In this document: positions 39,042 through 49,001 of the stretch, one piece after another
Layout: every line of letters begins with the position of its first letter
Numbering within the stretch: position 1 is the stretch's first letter
Source of the DNA: Algoriphagus sp.
GTDB taxonomy: Bacteria; Bacteroidota; Bacteroidia; Cytophagales; Cyclobacteriaceae
NCBI GenBank assembly: GCA_021298245.1
Contig: JAJTDZ010000011.1
Coordinates: forward strand, 17,247 to 81,246
Length of the DNA stretch: 64,000 bases
Direction: 5' to 3'
Notes under the pieces: generated by a model
Told to the model about the DNA's origin: nothing
Seen by the model: only the letters and a program-made list of their open reading frames with translations
Database searches by the model: none
Made by a program: the position numbers and the translations under genes

Positions 39042-41648
39042 TTAGAGCTTGATGAAACGCTTATGCAAGATTCGTTTGGCATCAAACGCCTCAAAGATAT
39101 AGATCCCAGGTCGAATTCCCTCAAGATCTATTCCCAAAATAGCTTGATCTTTCTCTTTATTTCCGTCTAAAACTACTCTTCCGGTCATATCCAAAATTCG
39201 ATAAGAAGCTTCTTTCATGTCCTGAGGAAGCGCAATTTCCACCTGTGAAAAGGCCGGATTGGGATAAATAGTCCAGTCCCCTGGGCCTACCTCCTCGGGA
39301 ATTGAGGTGATAAAATCTGCCTGAAGAATACCCTTTTCGGGGATGGGCAATGGCTTGTCTGTAAACATATAAAATTCATTGGGTCTCAATCCAAAGGATA
39401 CTGGGGTAGAGCCGACTGTAAGTTCCTTTCCCGTGAAGTAATTGTACCATTTGCCTGATTTAGGAAATTGAATTTGTTGATTTCCTTGGGTACTGAGGTC
39501 AAAATTTCCAAAAAGAAAAACATTCAATTCTGGATGTTGCAAACTTATGGTCTTCAATGAGGCACTCAGATTAAGGTTAACCGAGCTTGGGGAGTTAAAT
39601 ACGGGATACTTAGTTCTCAGTTTGAATAGTTCCTTGTAGAGCTTAAATAGACGTTGACGCTCCGAATTAGCCAAATACTCCCAACGAGTAGGTTTGATTC
39701 CTAATCGATCGTTGTTTAACTCTAAATCATATCCAAACTCACCGAATTGCCAAATCATTTTTGGGCCAGGGATGGAAAGGAAAAAAGCAGTCATCAACTG
39801 ATTTCTGTTGACCGCATTTTCCAAATCCTTGAGATTTAAAGGACTGCTTGCACCAAAATTTATCGTTTCCCAAAAAACCCGTTCTTCGTCGTGTGACTCT
39901 TGGTAGGCAATAAGACCATTTTTATTCCATTGCCTATTCTTAAAATAGGCCCATTCTACGTTATCATTATTCCCCTTAGCAAGATTTCTGGAAGCCCCAT
40001 TCAAATTTCCCCAAAGCATCATGCCGTAGTCAGCCAATTCCTTTTCCTCTTCATTCACCGAAAGATGCTCCAAGATTACGTAAGCTTCTGGATTTTTAGA
40101 TTTGATCTTATCGTAGATGTTTTTCCAAATTTTAACCCTAGAAGGGTCATACTGTGACCAAATACCCACATTAGATCCTGAATTAACTTGGGTAAATCCT
40201 TTGGACAAATCAAATCGAAACCCGTCGACTTTGTATTCGGTAAGCCAGTAGGCATTGACCGAATCTACAAAGGTCTTGGTGTAGGGACTTTCGTGATTAA
40301 AATCATAGCCCACATTAAAGGGGTGTTTGGCAACTCGATTAAACCAAGGATTGTCTTCTGTCGGCGCTCCATAATCTCCATCGTTGTAAAGTCGTACCAT
40401 AGGATTTTGACCAAATGCATGGTTAAGCACCATATCCAAAATTACCACCATTCCTTTTCCATGTGCTTCATCTATGAGACGCTTGAGGTCATTTTTAGTG
40501 CCGTAGTATTTGTCAGGGGCAAAGAAAAAGGAAGGATTGTAGCCCCAAGAAAGATTGCCTTCAAACTCTCCTATGGGCATCAATTCAATGGCATTGACTC
40601 CCAGATCTTTGAGGTAGTCAAGTCTATCGATCACTGCCTGATAAGTTCTTTTTTGGTCAAAATCACGAACTAAAAGTTCGTACACCAGCAGTTCTTCTGG
40701 CTTAGGTCGTGTATAGGATGTGTTTTTCCAAGGATATGGCGTCTGGGCCGTTTGGAGGTAGGTGGCTTGAAACTCGGTTTTCCCACTGGGATAAGGAAGT
40801 AAACCCGGGTGCCGGTTTTGGGTGATGATTTCTTGGTCATGGAAAGGATCCGAAACCTTGTCTGCATAAGGATCCCCTATTCGAATATCTCCATCCACTA
40901 AGTATTGAAAAATATATTCTTTTTGTGGTACCAACCCGGAGATCTTAATCCAAAACACCTTTCCATCCGGTGTTTTTTTGAGCTGGTATTCGGGGAGTAT
41001 TTTCCAATCGTTGAAGTCTCCTATCGCATGGGCGATACTTTTGCCAGGGGCTTGAAGAGCTAAAATCACCTCCGTAGGGGATAAGTAATTTATGCCGAGC
41101 TTGGCACCTGCAGGCAAAGGAGCTACTTCTGAAGGAGCAAATACAACGATGTCAAGCGTTTGTGAATCGGTAGTGGTTCCTTTTACTGCAGTTACTTTCA
41201 GTTTGTAATTTCCAGGTGCAGTGGCCGTGTAGGCGTAACTGATTTGCTGGCTATTTTTTGCTTCAGCGACTTTAATTCCGTCCAATTCTAGTGTTAAATC
41301 GGCTATTTCATTGGATGAGGCCTTGAACGTATACTGATTTCCCACTTCAAAGGAAATGGAACCAGCCGATTGGGGGTCTGTAAATTTTACATCAAAGCCT
41401 TGTGCCAGGTCTACAAAAAAATCACCGTTGGCAGTCGTTTTTCCCTCCTTGCTTCCATCAGCATTTCTAAATACCAGGCCAAGACGGTAAATGGTGAGGT
41501 TGTTGGGATTCGTAAAAAAGGTGTTAGGAACCAATTCATAGGTGTAGATATTGGGCTGACCAGTCACCTTAGTTACCTGTGCTATCCCATTTAATCCAAA
41601 CAGGAAGCAAAAACTTGAGAAAACAAGGAGTCTTGAAAAATAGGTCAT
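39042..41648 (-). CDS. T9SS-secreted GH13 alpha-amylase/pullulanase-like enzyme (CBM48-type region, C-terminal sorting domain)
   Basis: YELLVRDF, WGYNP, GFRFDLSK, EH and SHDE motifs; C-terminal IYPNP...KRFIK CTD. Start moved to 41648 because 41678 lies inside a hairpin. Confidence 0.88.
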   Translation of the reverse strand: MTYFSRLLVFSSFCFLFGLNGIAQVTKVTGQPNIYTYELVPNTFFTNPNNLTIYRLGLVFRNADGSKEGKTTANGDFFVDLAQGFDVKFTDPQSAGSISFEVGNQYTFKASSNEIADLTLELDGIKVAEAKNSQQISYAYTATAPGNYKLKVTAVKGTTTDSQTLDIVVFAPSEVAPLPAGAKLGINYLSPTEVILALQAPGKSIAHAIGDFNDWKILPEYQLKKTPDGKVFWIKISGLVPQKEYIFQYLVDGDIRIGDPYADKVSDPFHDQEIITQNRHPGLLPYPSGKTEFQATYLQTAQTPYPWKNTSYTRPKPEELLVYELLVRDFDQKRTYQAVIDRLDYLKDLGVNAIELMPIGEFEGNLSWGYNPSFFFAPDKYYGTKNDLKRLIDEAHGKGMVVILDMVLNHAFGQNPMVRLYNDGDYGAPTEDNPWFNRVAKHPFNVGYDFNHESPYTKTFVDSVNAYWLTEYKVDGFRFDLSKGFTQVNSGSNVGIWSQYDPSRVKIWKNIYDKIKSKNPEAYVILEHLSVNEEEKELADYGMMLWGNLNGASRNLAKGNNDNVEWAYFKNRQWNKNGLIAYQESHDEERVFWETINFGASSPLNLKDLENAVNRNQLMTAFFLSIPGPKMIWQFGEFGYDLELNNDRLGIKPTRWEYLANSERQRLFKLYKELFKLRTKYPVFNSPSSVNLNLSASLKTISLQHPELNVFLFGNFDLSTQGNQQIQFPKSGKWYNYFTGKELTVGSTPVSFGLRPNEFYMFTDKPLPIPEKGILQADFITSIPEEVGPGDWTIYPNPAFSQVEIALPQDMKEASYRILDMTGRVVLDGNKEKDQAILGIDLEGIRPGIYIFEAFDAKRILHKRFIKL

Positions 41649-41668
41649 GAGGGTTGGGATTGAATAAA

Positions 41669-41703
41669 TAACCGGCATTCGAAAAGTGCTCGAATGCCGG
41701 TTA
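41669..41703 (-). terminator. Strong 14-bp hairpin between susE-like and GH13 genes
   Basis: TAACCGGCATTCGA-AAAGTGC-TCGAATGCCGGTTA. Confidence 0.7.
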
Positions 41704-41744
41704 AAACTACTGGAATGAAACTAAATTAAGTAAAATTGAATTGC

Positions 41745-42779
41745 TTAATTTTTAACAAGTGTATACTTAGCTTCACCTTTAGGTCCTAAGAAGAAGGTAA
41801 TGGTGTAGTTACCTGCAGCAGGAATGGCAATGTTTGCACCACCTGCGGTCAAGTTACCATTACTTCCACCAAAATTGAAGTCCCAAGAGTTATTGGCTCT
41901 GAACTTAAATTCACCAGCCTTTAAGTCTGTAGTTATTTTCAATGAATTGGTGGTTTTATCAAACACATTCATAGGAGTGTCAGTATCCCATCCACCGGCA
42001 GTAGCAGATCCTACGATACCCCAACGTCTAACTGCACCAATGGTATAGGTTTTAGCACCCATATTTACGTTGATTTCGTAAGTTCCATCAGCAGCCACCT
42101 TGATATTATCTCCTCCTGATTCCAAACTTAAATTTGCTCCATTATCTCCAAAGTTTACATCCCAGTTTGGTCCGGTGGTAAACTTGAATTCTCTAGATCC
42201 ACCAAGAATGTGAATAAATCCTTTGAATTTGTCGTCAATATTTTCGGAATACAATACAGTTTTTGAGTTGGCAGGATCCCAACCTTGGTAATCACCAGGG
42301 ACACGAAGCAAAGGTAATTCTACCGTCGCATCGAATGGAGTTACTTTATAGGTAGTCGTTTTTCCATAAATGGCCGATAAAGGCAAATTAATGGTAGCCT
42401 TTACGCGAAAGTCCACGTTGGCTGCTACACCGAAAGGCAATTTCTTAGCCAAAAGAGCTTTATTGAATTCGGCTACGTTCACCTTAACGATATTGGAGGT
42501 AGACTCTCCAAGTTTTACTGGAGCTGCAAAATTGGATCCAGGAAGGTCCATTTCTAATTCGTATTTGATGGATCCAGTGGTACCGAAGTCTGCGGCAGAG
42601 ATGGTAAAATCTACCGTATTTTTGTCTGCATTTGCCTTAACCAAAGCAAAAGTGGTGGTAGCAGGAAGGGTAACATCTGCTCCAGTTTGAGGAATAATGG
42701 GCGGCATTTCATAAGGCTCACAAGCTATAAGGATTGGGAAAATCACAAGCGCCCATTTCATTTTTTGTAACATTTTCAT
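41745..42779 (-). CDS. SusE/SusF-like starch-binding outer-membrane lipoprotein
   Basis: Lipobox LIAC; N-terminal Ig-like SusE domain; CBM repeats (PGDYQGWDP, EFKF...WD.N.G, WGIVGSAT.GGWD). Confidence 0.85.
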   Translation of the reverse strand: MKMLQKMKWALVIFPILIACEPYEMPPIIPQTGADVTLPATTTFALVKANADKNTVDFTISAADFGTTGSIKYELEMDLPGSNFAAPVKLGESTSNIVKVNVAEFNKALLAKKLPFGVAANVDFRVKATINLPLSAIYGKTTTYKVTPFDATVELPLLRVPGDYQGWDPANSKTVLYSENIDDKFKGFIHILGGSREFKFTTGPNWDVNFGDNGANLSLESGGDNIKVAADGTYEINVNMGAKTYTIGAVRRWGIVGSATAGGWDTDTPMNVFDKTTNSLKITTDLKAGEFKFRANNSWDFNFGGSNGNLTAGGANIAIPAAGNYTITFFLGPKGEAKYTLVKN

Positions 42780-42964
42780 GGTGTTTGAGTTTTGGGTTTT
42801 ACTTTTAAATTTACTTTTTTAAATTATATATTTTATTGAAATAATTATTTTTTAGAATTCTTCCTTTTATCAAAAAAAAACTTCTAAAACCACTTATGAC
42901 AAAACTTAAATCTTGAATAATCCTAACGCAATACCCAGAGGTTTTTTTTTCTTATTAATTTTTA

Positions 42965-42990
42965 TGCACACGATTGCGGTAACGTTTGCA
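42965..42990. promoter_or_regulatory. Tandem LacI-type operators TGCACACGATTGCG / CGGTAACGTTTGCA
   Basis: Two overlapping CG-centred pseudo-palindromes in the AT-rich divergent susE-lacI spacer, similar to the site at 44190. Confidence 0.65.
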
Positions 42991-43123
42991 TTCGAAAATT
43001 ATTTTTTTGATAAAAAAAAATTATCCATTTCAACAAAAAAATAAGGCTAACTTAGGCAAAAGTAAAAGCAAGGAAAAAATAACTTATTTCAGTATGTTTT
43101 TTCTACGAATAGTATAATTTCTT

Positions 43124-44164
43124 ATGAAACTAGAACAAGCTACTATAAAAGACATTGCTAGGGAATTAAACGTATCCTCTTCTACCGTATCTAGGGCATT
43201 GAAGGATTATCCTGGCATAAGCGATGAGACCAAAATTAAGGTCAAAGAAATGGCAAAAAAATTAAATTACAGACCCAATGCCATTGCCCTTTCTTTGAGA
43301 AAAAGTCGATCTTTTACTATCGGGGTAATCGTACCGGAGGTTGTACACTTTTTTTTCTCTACCGTCATAAGTGGTATTGAGGAAGTGGCTAATTCCAGAG
43401 GATACACGGTTATTCTCACACAAACCAACGAAAAGCTTTCTAGAGAAAAGACAAGCGTGGAGACGATGCTTTCCAATCAAATAGATGGTTTTTTAGTCAG
43501 TTATTCCAAGGAGACTTCCGATTTTGACCATTTTACCAATCTCTTGGAAAAAGGTTATCCCATAGTTTTCTTTGACCGCATGCCAGATATCCCCTCTGCA
43601 ATTCGGGTGATCGTAGACGACTATTCCGGTGCCTATCAAGCTACCAATCATTTATTATCTCAAGGGTATAAGAACGTACTGCATTTGGCAGGGCCTTCTA
43701 ACTTAAAAATTTCCCAAGAGCGTACCCGAGGTTACTTGGATGCCCTTCGTGATTTTGGAATCAAAGCAAACCCATCTTGGGTTGTAGAATGTACTCAAGG
43801 CACCCAAGAGGAAGCCAATAAATTGACTTCCAACCTACTTAAAACCTTAAATCCATGTCCCGATGCCTTTTTTGCCAACAATGACATGGCAGCCGTAGGA
43901 GCTCTCATGGCATGTAAGGCGGCAGGATATTCCGTTCCTGAAGATATAGGTATCGTAGGATTTAGTAATTGGCAGTTTTGCTCTATGGTAGAACCAAGTC
44001 TTTCTTCAGTTGCTCAACCTGGCTATCGTATGGGCATGACGGCAACCCAGCTGCTCTTGGACCTGATTGAAAAGAAAAAATCAGCGGATGAATATCAAGA
44101 GCCCGTGGTTCTTTCTACCGAATTATTGATCCGAAAATCATCCGTGAGGGTAAATCCAAACTAA
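43124..44164 (+). CDS. LacI family transcriptional regulator
   Basis: TIKDIARELNVSSSTVSRAL HTH, YRPN hinge and sugar-binding domain. Confidence 0.95.
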   Translation: MKLEQATIKDIARELNVSSSTVSRALKDYPGISDETKIKVKEMAKKLNYRPNAIALSLRKSRSFTIGVIVPEVVHFFFSTVISGIEEVANSRGYTVILTQTNEKLSREKTSVETMLSNQIDGFLVSYSKETSDFDHFTNLLEKGYPIVFFDRMPDIPSAIRVIVDDYSGAYQATNHLLSQGYKNVLHLAGPSNLKISQERTRGYLDALRDFGIKANPSWVVECTQGTQEEANKLTSNLLKTLNPCPDAFFANNDMAAVGALMACKAAGYSVPEDIGIVGFSNWQFCSMVEPSLSSVAQPGYRMGMTATQLLLDLIEKKKSADEYQEPVVLSTELLIRKSSVRVNPN

Positions 44165-44189
44165 TTTTTTCAAAAATGGAGATAAAAAA

Positions 44190-44205
44190 ATGCAAACGTT
44201 TGAAT
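44190..44205. promoter_or_regulatory. LacI-type operator ATGCAAACGTTTGAAT
   Basis: Near-perfect CG-centred palindrome upstream of GH31-MFS. Confidence 0.7.
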
Positions 44206-44336
44206 AGCTTAAATTTTACCCAGCAAGCAGATTTGATATTTGCTAGCCCCTCATTCGCTCGATCTCTCGATTTTTATCCTACATAATCGTTTATAATTTA
44301 GCACCATTCCTCTTGGAATTTTAATCCTTTTGATGA

Positions 44337-46775
44337 ATGACATCTTTAAGTTCTGAAACCAAACTTTCTAGAAATTCTTTTCGAAACCAATCCTTTGGAA
44401 AGGTAATCGACTGGCATCCCAGTTCCGATGGATTGCAGGGACGTAGTGCTTTTGCTTATTTCAAACTATCCGTTTACTCTGAGGGAATCATACGAGTACA
44501 AGCGAGCAGATTTAGTTCATTTGAATCCAATCCCTATTCAGTCATCGTAGAACCCAAAAACACTCCGTTTGAAATAGAAGATTTTGGGAAGCAGGTAGAA
44601 TTGACCACAAGCCTATTGCGTGTCCGCTTACATTTGGACGCCTTCTCCTTATCCTTTTTTGATTCACAAGGCAAATTGCTCAACCAAGACGATAGTTTAG
44701 GTATTTGTTGGTTAGGAACTGAAGTAAGCTCCTACAAGAAAATTCAGAAGAATGAAAAATTCCTAGGCTTGGGCGAAAAAACGGGCGATCTCAATCGGGC
44801 AGGTAAAGCATACACCCACTGGAATAAGGATTATTTTGGATACGGAGTCAATGACGATCCCTTATACATGAGTATCCCCTTTTATTTAGGTGTACACGAT
44901 AAAGGTTGTTATGGGATTTTCTTTGACAATACCCATAAAACGCTAGTCAATTTTGGAGCTTCCACGAACAGATTTGTCTATTTCAGCGCGGAAGATGGAG
45001 ATATGGATTACTATTTTTTCCACCAACCTACGCTAGAAAAAATTATTTCCGACTATACCTGGCTTACGGGTCGCATGCAAATGCCCCCCAAATGGTCCCT
45101 CGGCTTTCAGCAATGTCGCTATTCTTATTATCCAGAATCGGAAGTACATGCCGTAGCCAATACATTTAGAGACAAGCACATTCCCGCAGATGTCATCTAC
45201 TTGGACATTCACCACATGGAAGCCTATAAGGTATTTACTTTCGATGGAGAAAAATTTCCCAATCCCAAGGCGATGATCTCCCGATTGAAGGAAAAAGGAT
45301 TTAAAGTCGTGGTGATTTTGGATCCAGGGATAAAAGTAGAAAAAGGCTACCTCCCTTACGAGGAAGGAGTAGCTCAACATCTTTTTGTGACTTATCCCGA
45401 TGGAGAACTATACCAAGCTCAGGTTTGGCCAGGATGGTGTGCATTTCCAGACTTTACCAAAGAGAAGGCAAGAGATTGGTGGGCAGAAAAAATGAAATTT
45501 TACACAGAAGCTGGTGTGGATGGATTTTGGACCGACATGAACGAACCTGCTTCTTGGGGTCAATGCACGCCTAATTTGCTTGAATTTGATTTTGATCATG
45601 AAGGAGCATCTCACAGAAAAGCACGGAATATCTATGGCCTACAAGTAGCAAAAAGTACCCAAGAGGGCGCTTACATGGGACTTGACAACAAAAGGCCTTT
45701 TGTGTTGACACGCTCTGGATTTGCTGGAATTCAACGCTACGCAGCCGCTTGGACCGGGGACAATACTTCTTCGGAAGAACACATGTTGGCAGGAGTACGA
45801 CTAGTTACCAGCCTTGGTTTAAGCGGAGTATCTTTTTCAGGAGTTGATGTGGGAGGATTTGCAGGGGAAGCCAGCAAAGGACTCTTTGCGCCTTGGATGA
45901 GCATTGGGGCATTTTCACCCCTGTGCAGAGCCCATTCCATGATCAATACCAAAGATGCAGAACCTTGGGCCTTTGGAGAAGAAGTAGAGGAAATTAGCCG
46001 CAATTACCTGAAGCTCAGGTATTCACTTCTTCCTACCCTATACAGTAATATTTATTCTAGTACCCATACTGGCCTTCCTATTGCCGCTTCCCTCGCACTT
46101 CCTTATTCTCAAGATGACACTATTTATCAACAGGCCTTCCAAAACGAATACCTATTTTGCCAGGTATTTTTGGTTGCACCCGTAGAAAGTTTTAAAGAAA
46201 TCACCAAAGTATATCTTCCTGAAGGCGAGTGGTATTACCTCTATTCTGACCAAATATTTTCTGGAAAGCAAGTAATCTATCAGGATTGTCCCCTCAATTA
46301 TCTTCCTGTTTACGTCAAGGCAGGGGGGATTTTTACCCAGCAATCTGTGGTGATGCATACCGATTCCTCGCACGATGGCTTGCTTCGCGTGCACCTCTAC
46401 CGAGGAAAGCAAGATGCTGAATTTCTGCATTTCGAAGATGCAGGCGATGGATTAGATTATCTCCAAGGAGCTTTTTTCTCTAGAAAATTCCAGTATCAGG
46501 CCAAGATTGGAAGCTTAAAAATCGGCACTAGCGAAGGAAACTTACCTAGTCAATATTCCAAATTGAGAATCTATTTGCATGGCTTCGACCTAAATCAGGT
46601 GCAAGTAGATGGAAAATTACATCCAGTAGCTTACGAGGATTATACCTTTCTGGACAAATTAAGTGAGTTTGACCCTTTGCCAGAACGTCAGCATGCCTTT
46701 CACCAAATTTCGGCACTTCCTTTTATTGAGCTACCCCACCTATCCGCCGAAACCATGATCACAGGATTGAAATAA
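44337..46775 (+). CDS. GH31 alpha-glucosidase
   Basis: GLGEK, WTDMNEP (nucleophile), WTGDN (acid/base), DVGGF. Confidence 0.92.
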   Translation: MTSLSSETKLSRNSFRNQSFGKVIDWHPSSDGLQGRSAFAYFKLSVYSEGIIRVQASRFSSFESNPYSVIVEPKNTPFEIEDFGKQVELTTSLLRVRLHLDAFSLSFFDSQGKLLNQDDSLGICWLGTEVSSYKKIQKNEKFLGLGEKTGDLNRAGKAYTHWNKDYFGYGVNDDPLYMSIPFYLGVHDKGCYGIFFDNTHKTLVNFGASTNRFVYFSAEDGDMDYYFFHQPTLEKIISDYTWLTGRMQMPPKWSLGFQQCRYSYYPESEVHAVANTFRDKHIPADVIYLDIHHMEAYKVFTFDGEKFPNPKAMISRLKEKGFKVVVILDPGIKVEKGYLPYEEGVAQHLFVTYPDGELYQAQVWPGWCAFPDFTKEKARDWWAEKMKFYTEAGVDGFWTDMNEPASWGQCTPNLLEFDFDHEGASHRKARNIYGLQVAKSTQEGAYMGLDNKRPFVLTRSGFAGIQRYAAAWTGDNTSSEEHMLAGVRLVTSLGLSGVSFSGVDVGGFAGEASKGLFAPWMSIGAFSPLCRAHSMINTKDAEPWAFGEEVEEISRNYLKLRYSLLPTLYSNIYSSTHTGLPIAASLALPYSQDDTIYQQAFQNEYLFCQVFLVAPVESFKEITKVYLPEGEWYYLYSDQIFSGKQVIYQDCPLNYLPVYVKAGGIFTQQSVVMHTDSSHDGLLRVHLYRGKQDAEFLHFEDAGDGLDYLQGAFFSRKFQYQAKIGSLKIGTSEGNLPSQYSKLRIYLHGFDLNQVQVDGKLHPVAYEDYTFLDKLSEFDPLPERQHAFHQISALPFIELPHLSAETMITGLK

Positions 46776-46805
46776 AAAATAAATTCTGCCCAAAATACAC
46801 CCAAC

Positions 46806-48200
46806 ATGACCCAAGAAAAAAAGAGATTGAGTTTCTGGCAAATCTGGAACATGAGTTTTGGATTTTTAGGGATTCAATTTGGCTTTGCCCTGCAGGGAAG
46901 TTCTATGTCTAGAATTTTCCAAACCCTTGGAGCTGAAAAAGATGACATTCCTTTCCTGTGGATTGCAGCTCCCCTTACCGGGCTTTTGGTACAACCCATA
47001 GTGGGTTATTTGAGTGACCGAACCTGGCATCCCAGGTTTGGGAGAAGAAAACCTTTTTTCTTATTTGGTGCAGTTCTGAGTACAGTAGCGCTATTTTTTG
47101 CTCCTTATTCCTCAGCGCTTTGGATGGCAGCTGGTTCTCTTTGGATTTTGGATGCTTCTATAAACATTTCCATGGAACCTTTTCGGGCCTTGGTTGCAGA
47201 TAAACTACCTGAATCCCAGCGCTCGTATGGGTTTATGGTACAAACCCTGATCATCGGTGTAGGTACCTGGATAGCCTCTAACCTGCCTTGGTTGATGACC
47301 CAACTCGGAGCGGCCAATGAAGCTCCTGAAGGGGTTATCCCAGATTCGGTAAAGTATGCCTTTGCCATCGGTGCTTTTGTCTTATTTTCCTCCATCTTGT
47401 ATACCATTCTCACTACCGATGAATATCCTCCAGAGGACAAAGAAGCCTTTGAAAGAGAAAAATTACAGAAAAGAGGATTTTTTTCTGGCGCAATAGAGCT
47501 TTTCGGCTTGATTGTGCACATGCCTAAAGTTATGTTTCAACTGGGACTGGTACAGTTTTTTTCATGGTTTGCCTTCTTTACCATGTGGAGCTTTGCTACC
47601 CCTGCCATCACCGAACACATCTTTGGAGCTACTGATGTGGATTCAGCCCTCTACCAAGATGCAGCAAATCGGGTGGGGAATTATATGGGTACCTATGGAT
47701 TAGCATCCATGTTTTTTGCCTTATTCCTTTCTTTTGTGACTGCAAAAGTAAAAATCAATAGAAAGCTCCTTCACCTGATAAGCCTGGTGGCTGGAGGTAT
47801 AGGTTTTATCTTGATTTATTTCATTTCGGAGCCATGGATGCTTCACCTCACCCTTCCTAATAAAGAAATAGACAATGTGTTAATTCATTTTAATCCAAAA
47901 CCTTGGATGCTGCATATTTGCTTTGCCTTGGTCGGAATAGCTTGGGCAAGCATTTTGTCCATGCCCTATGCCATGCTCTCCGGCTCAGTGGAACCTAAAA
48001 AAATGGGGGTATACATGGGGATTTTCAACATGTTTATCGTAATCCCACAAATCGTGGCAGCCCTAGGAGGTGCAAATTTCTTGTATAAGACCCTCTTCGG
48101 AGAAGAAGTAATTCATACCATGATTTTAGCTGGCTCGCTATTGATTGTAGCAGGTCTCTGCAACTTGTTTATTACAGACCGTAGGGCCACACACGATTAA
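46806..48200 (+). CDS. MFS sugar (maltose/maltodextrin-type) transporter
   Basis: LSFWQIWNMSFGFLGIQFG, SDRTW..FGRRKPF, GVYMGIFN; located in the alpha-glucan locus. Confidence 0.85.
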   Translation: MTQEKKRLSFWQIWNMSFGFLGIQFGFALQGSSMSRIFQTLGAEKDDIPFLWIAAPLTGLLVQPIVGYLSDRTWHPRFGRRKPFFLFGAVLSTVALFFAPYSSALWMAAGSLWILDASINISMEPFRALVADKLPESQRSYGFMVQTLIIGVGTWIASNLPWLMTQLGAANEAPEGVIPDSVKYAFAIGAFVLFSSILYTILTTDEYPPEDKEAFEREKLQKRGFFSGAIELFGLIVHMPKVMFQLGLVQFFSWFAFFTMWSFATPAITEHIFGATDVDSALYQDAANRVGNYMGTYGLASMFFALFLSFVTAKVKINRKLLHLISLVAGGIGFILIYFISEPWMLHLTLPNKEIDNVLIHFNPKPWMLHICFALVGIAWASILSMPYAMLSGSVEPKKMGVYMGIFNMFIVIPQIVAALGGANFLYKTLFGEEVIHTMILAGSLLIVAGLCNLFITDRRATHD

Positions 48201-48213
48201 GGCATCACCCAAG

Positions 48214-48999
48214 CTACTTTCCTAATGCTTCCCAATCCCAATTTTTGTTGATTTGGGAGATGGCATGGTGTGCGGTCAGGTCGTATTGACAGGGGACGAT
48301 AGAAATGTAATTGTTGGCAATAGCCCATTCGTCGTTATCCTCTCCCAAATCAAAATTCACGAAATTTCCTGCCATCCAGAAGTATTTTCTTCCGTTGGGA
48401 TCTAGCCTTTCGGCAAATTCTTCTTGCCATTTTGCATCTGCTTGCCTGCATACCTTGATCCCACGAATCGGTTCGTTTCGCTTAGGAGGAAAATTTACAT
48501 TCAATGCTATTCCCTTAGGGATTCCTTTTTGCAAAACTTGCAAAGCGATTTTTTCTACCCATTCCTCCACATGAGAAAAATCCGCTTTGGAGGAGTAATC
48601 GCACAAGCTAAATCCAATGGAAGGATATCCCTCCAAGGCCCCTTCGATAGCTGCCGACATGGTGCCGGAGTACAGCACCGAAATGGAAGTATTGGAACCA
48701 TGATTGATGCCAGATACCACCAAGTCAGGAGTCCTATCTTTTAACACGTAATGTTTGGCTAGTTTGACACAGTCGGCTGGAGTACCGCTAGACTTGAATG
48801 CCAAAACCTCCTCAAAAATATCCTCTGGATAGAGTCGTAGAGTTTCGCCTATGGTGATGGCATGTCCCATACCCGATTGTGGACTATCAGGGGCCACAAC
48901 GACCACCTCACCAATTTTTTTCATAGCCGTAATCAGTACGCGTATTCCTTTGGAAGTAATCCCATCGTCGTTGGAGACCAGGATCAGGGGCTTGAGCAT
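48214..48999 (-). CDS. surE: 5'/3'-nucleotidase SurE
   Basis: SNDDG, SGTPADCV, SGINHGSN, SGTMSAA. Confidence 0.95.
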   Translation of the reverse strand: MLKPLILVSNDDGITSKGIRVLITAMKKIGEVVVVAPDSPQSGMGHAITIGETLRLYPEDIFEEVLAFKSSGTPADCVKLAKHYVLKDRTPDLVVSGINHGSNTSISVLYSGTMSAAIEGALEGYPSIGFSLCDYSSKADFSHVEEWVEKIALQVLQKGIPKGIALNVNFPPKRNEPIRGIKVCRQADAKWQEEFAERLDPNGRKYFWMAGNFVNFDLGEDNDEWAIANNYISIVPCQYDLTAHHAISQINKNWDWEALGK

Positions 49000-49001
49000 A
49001 T

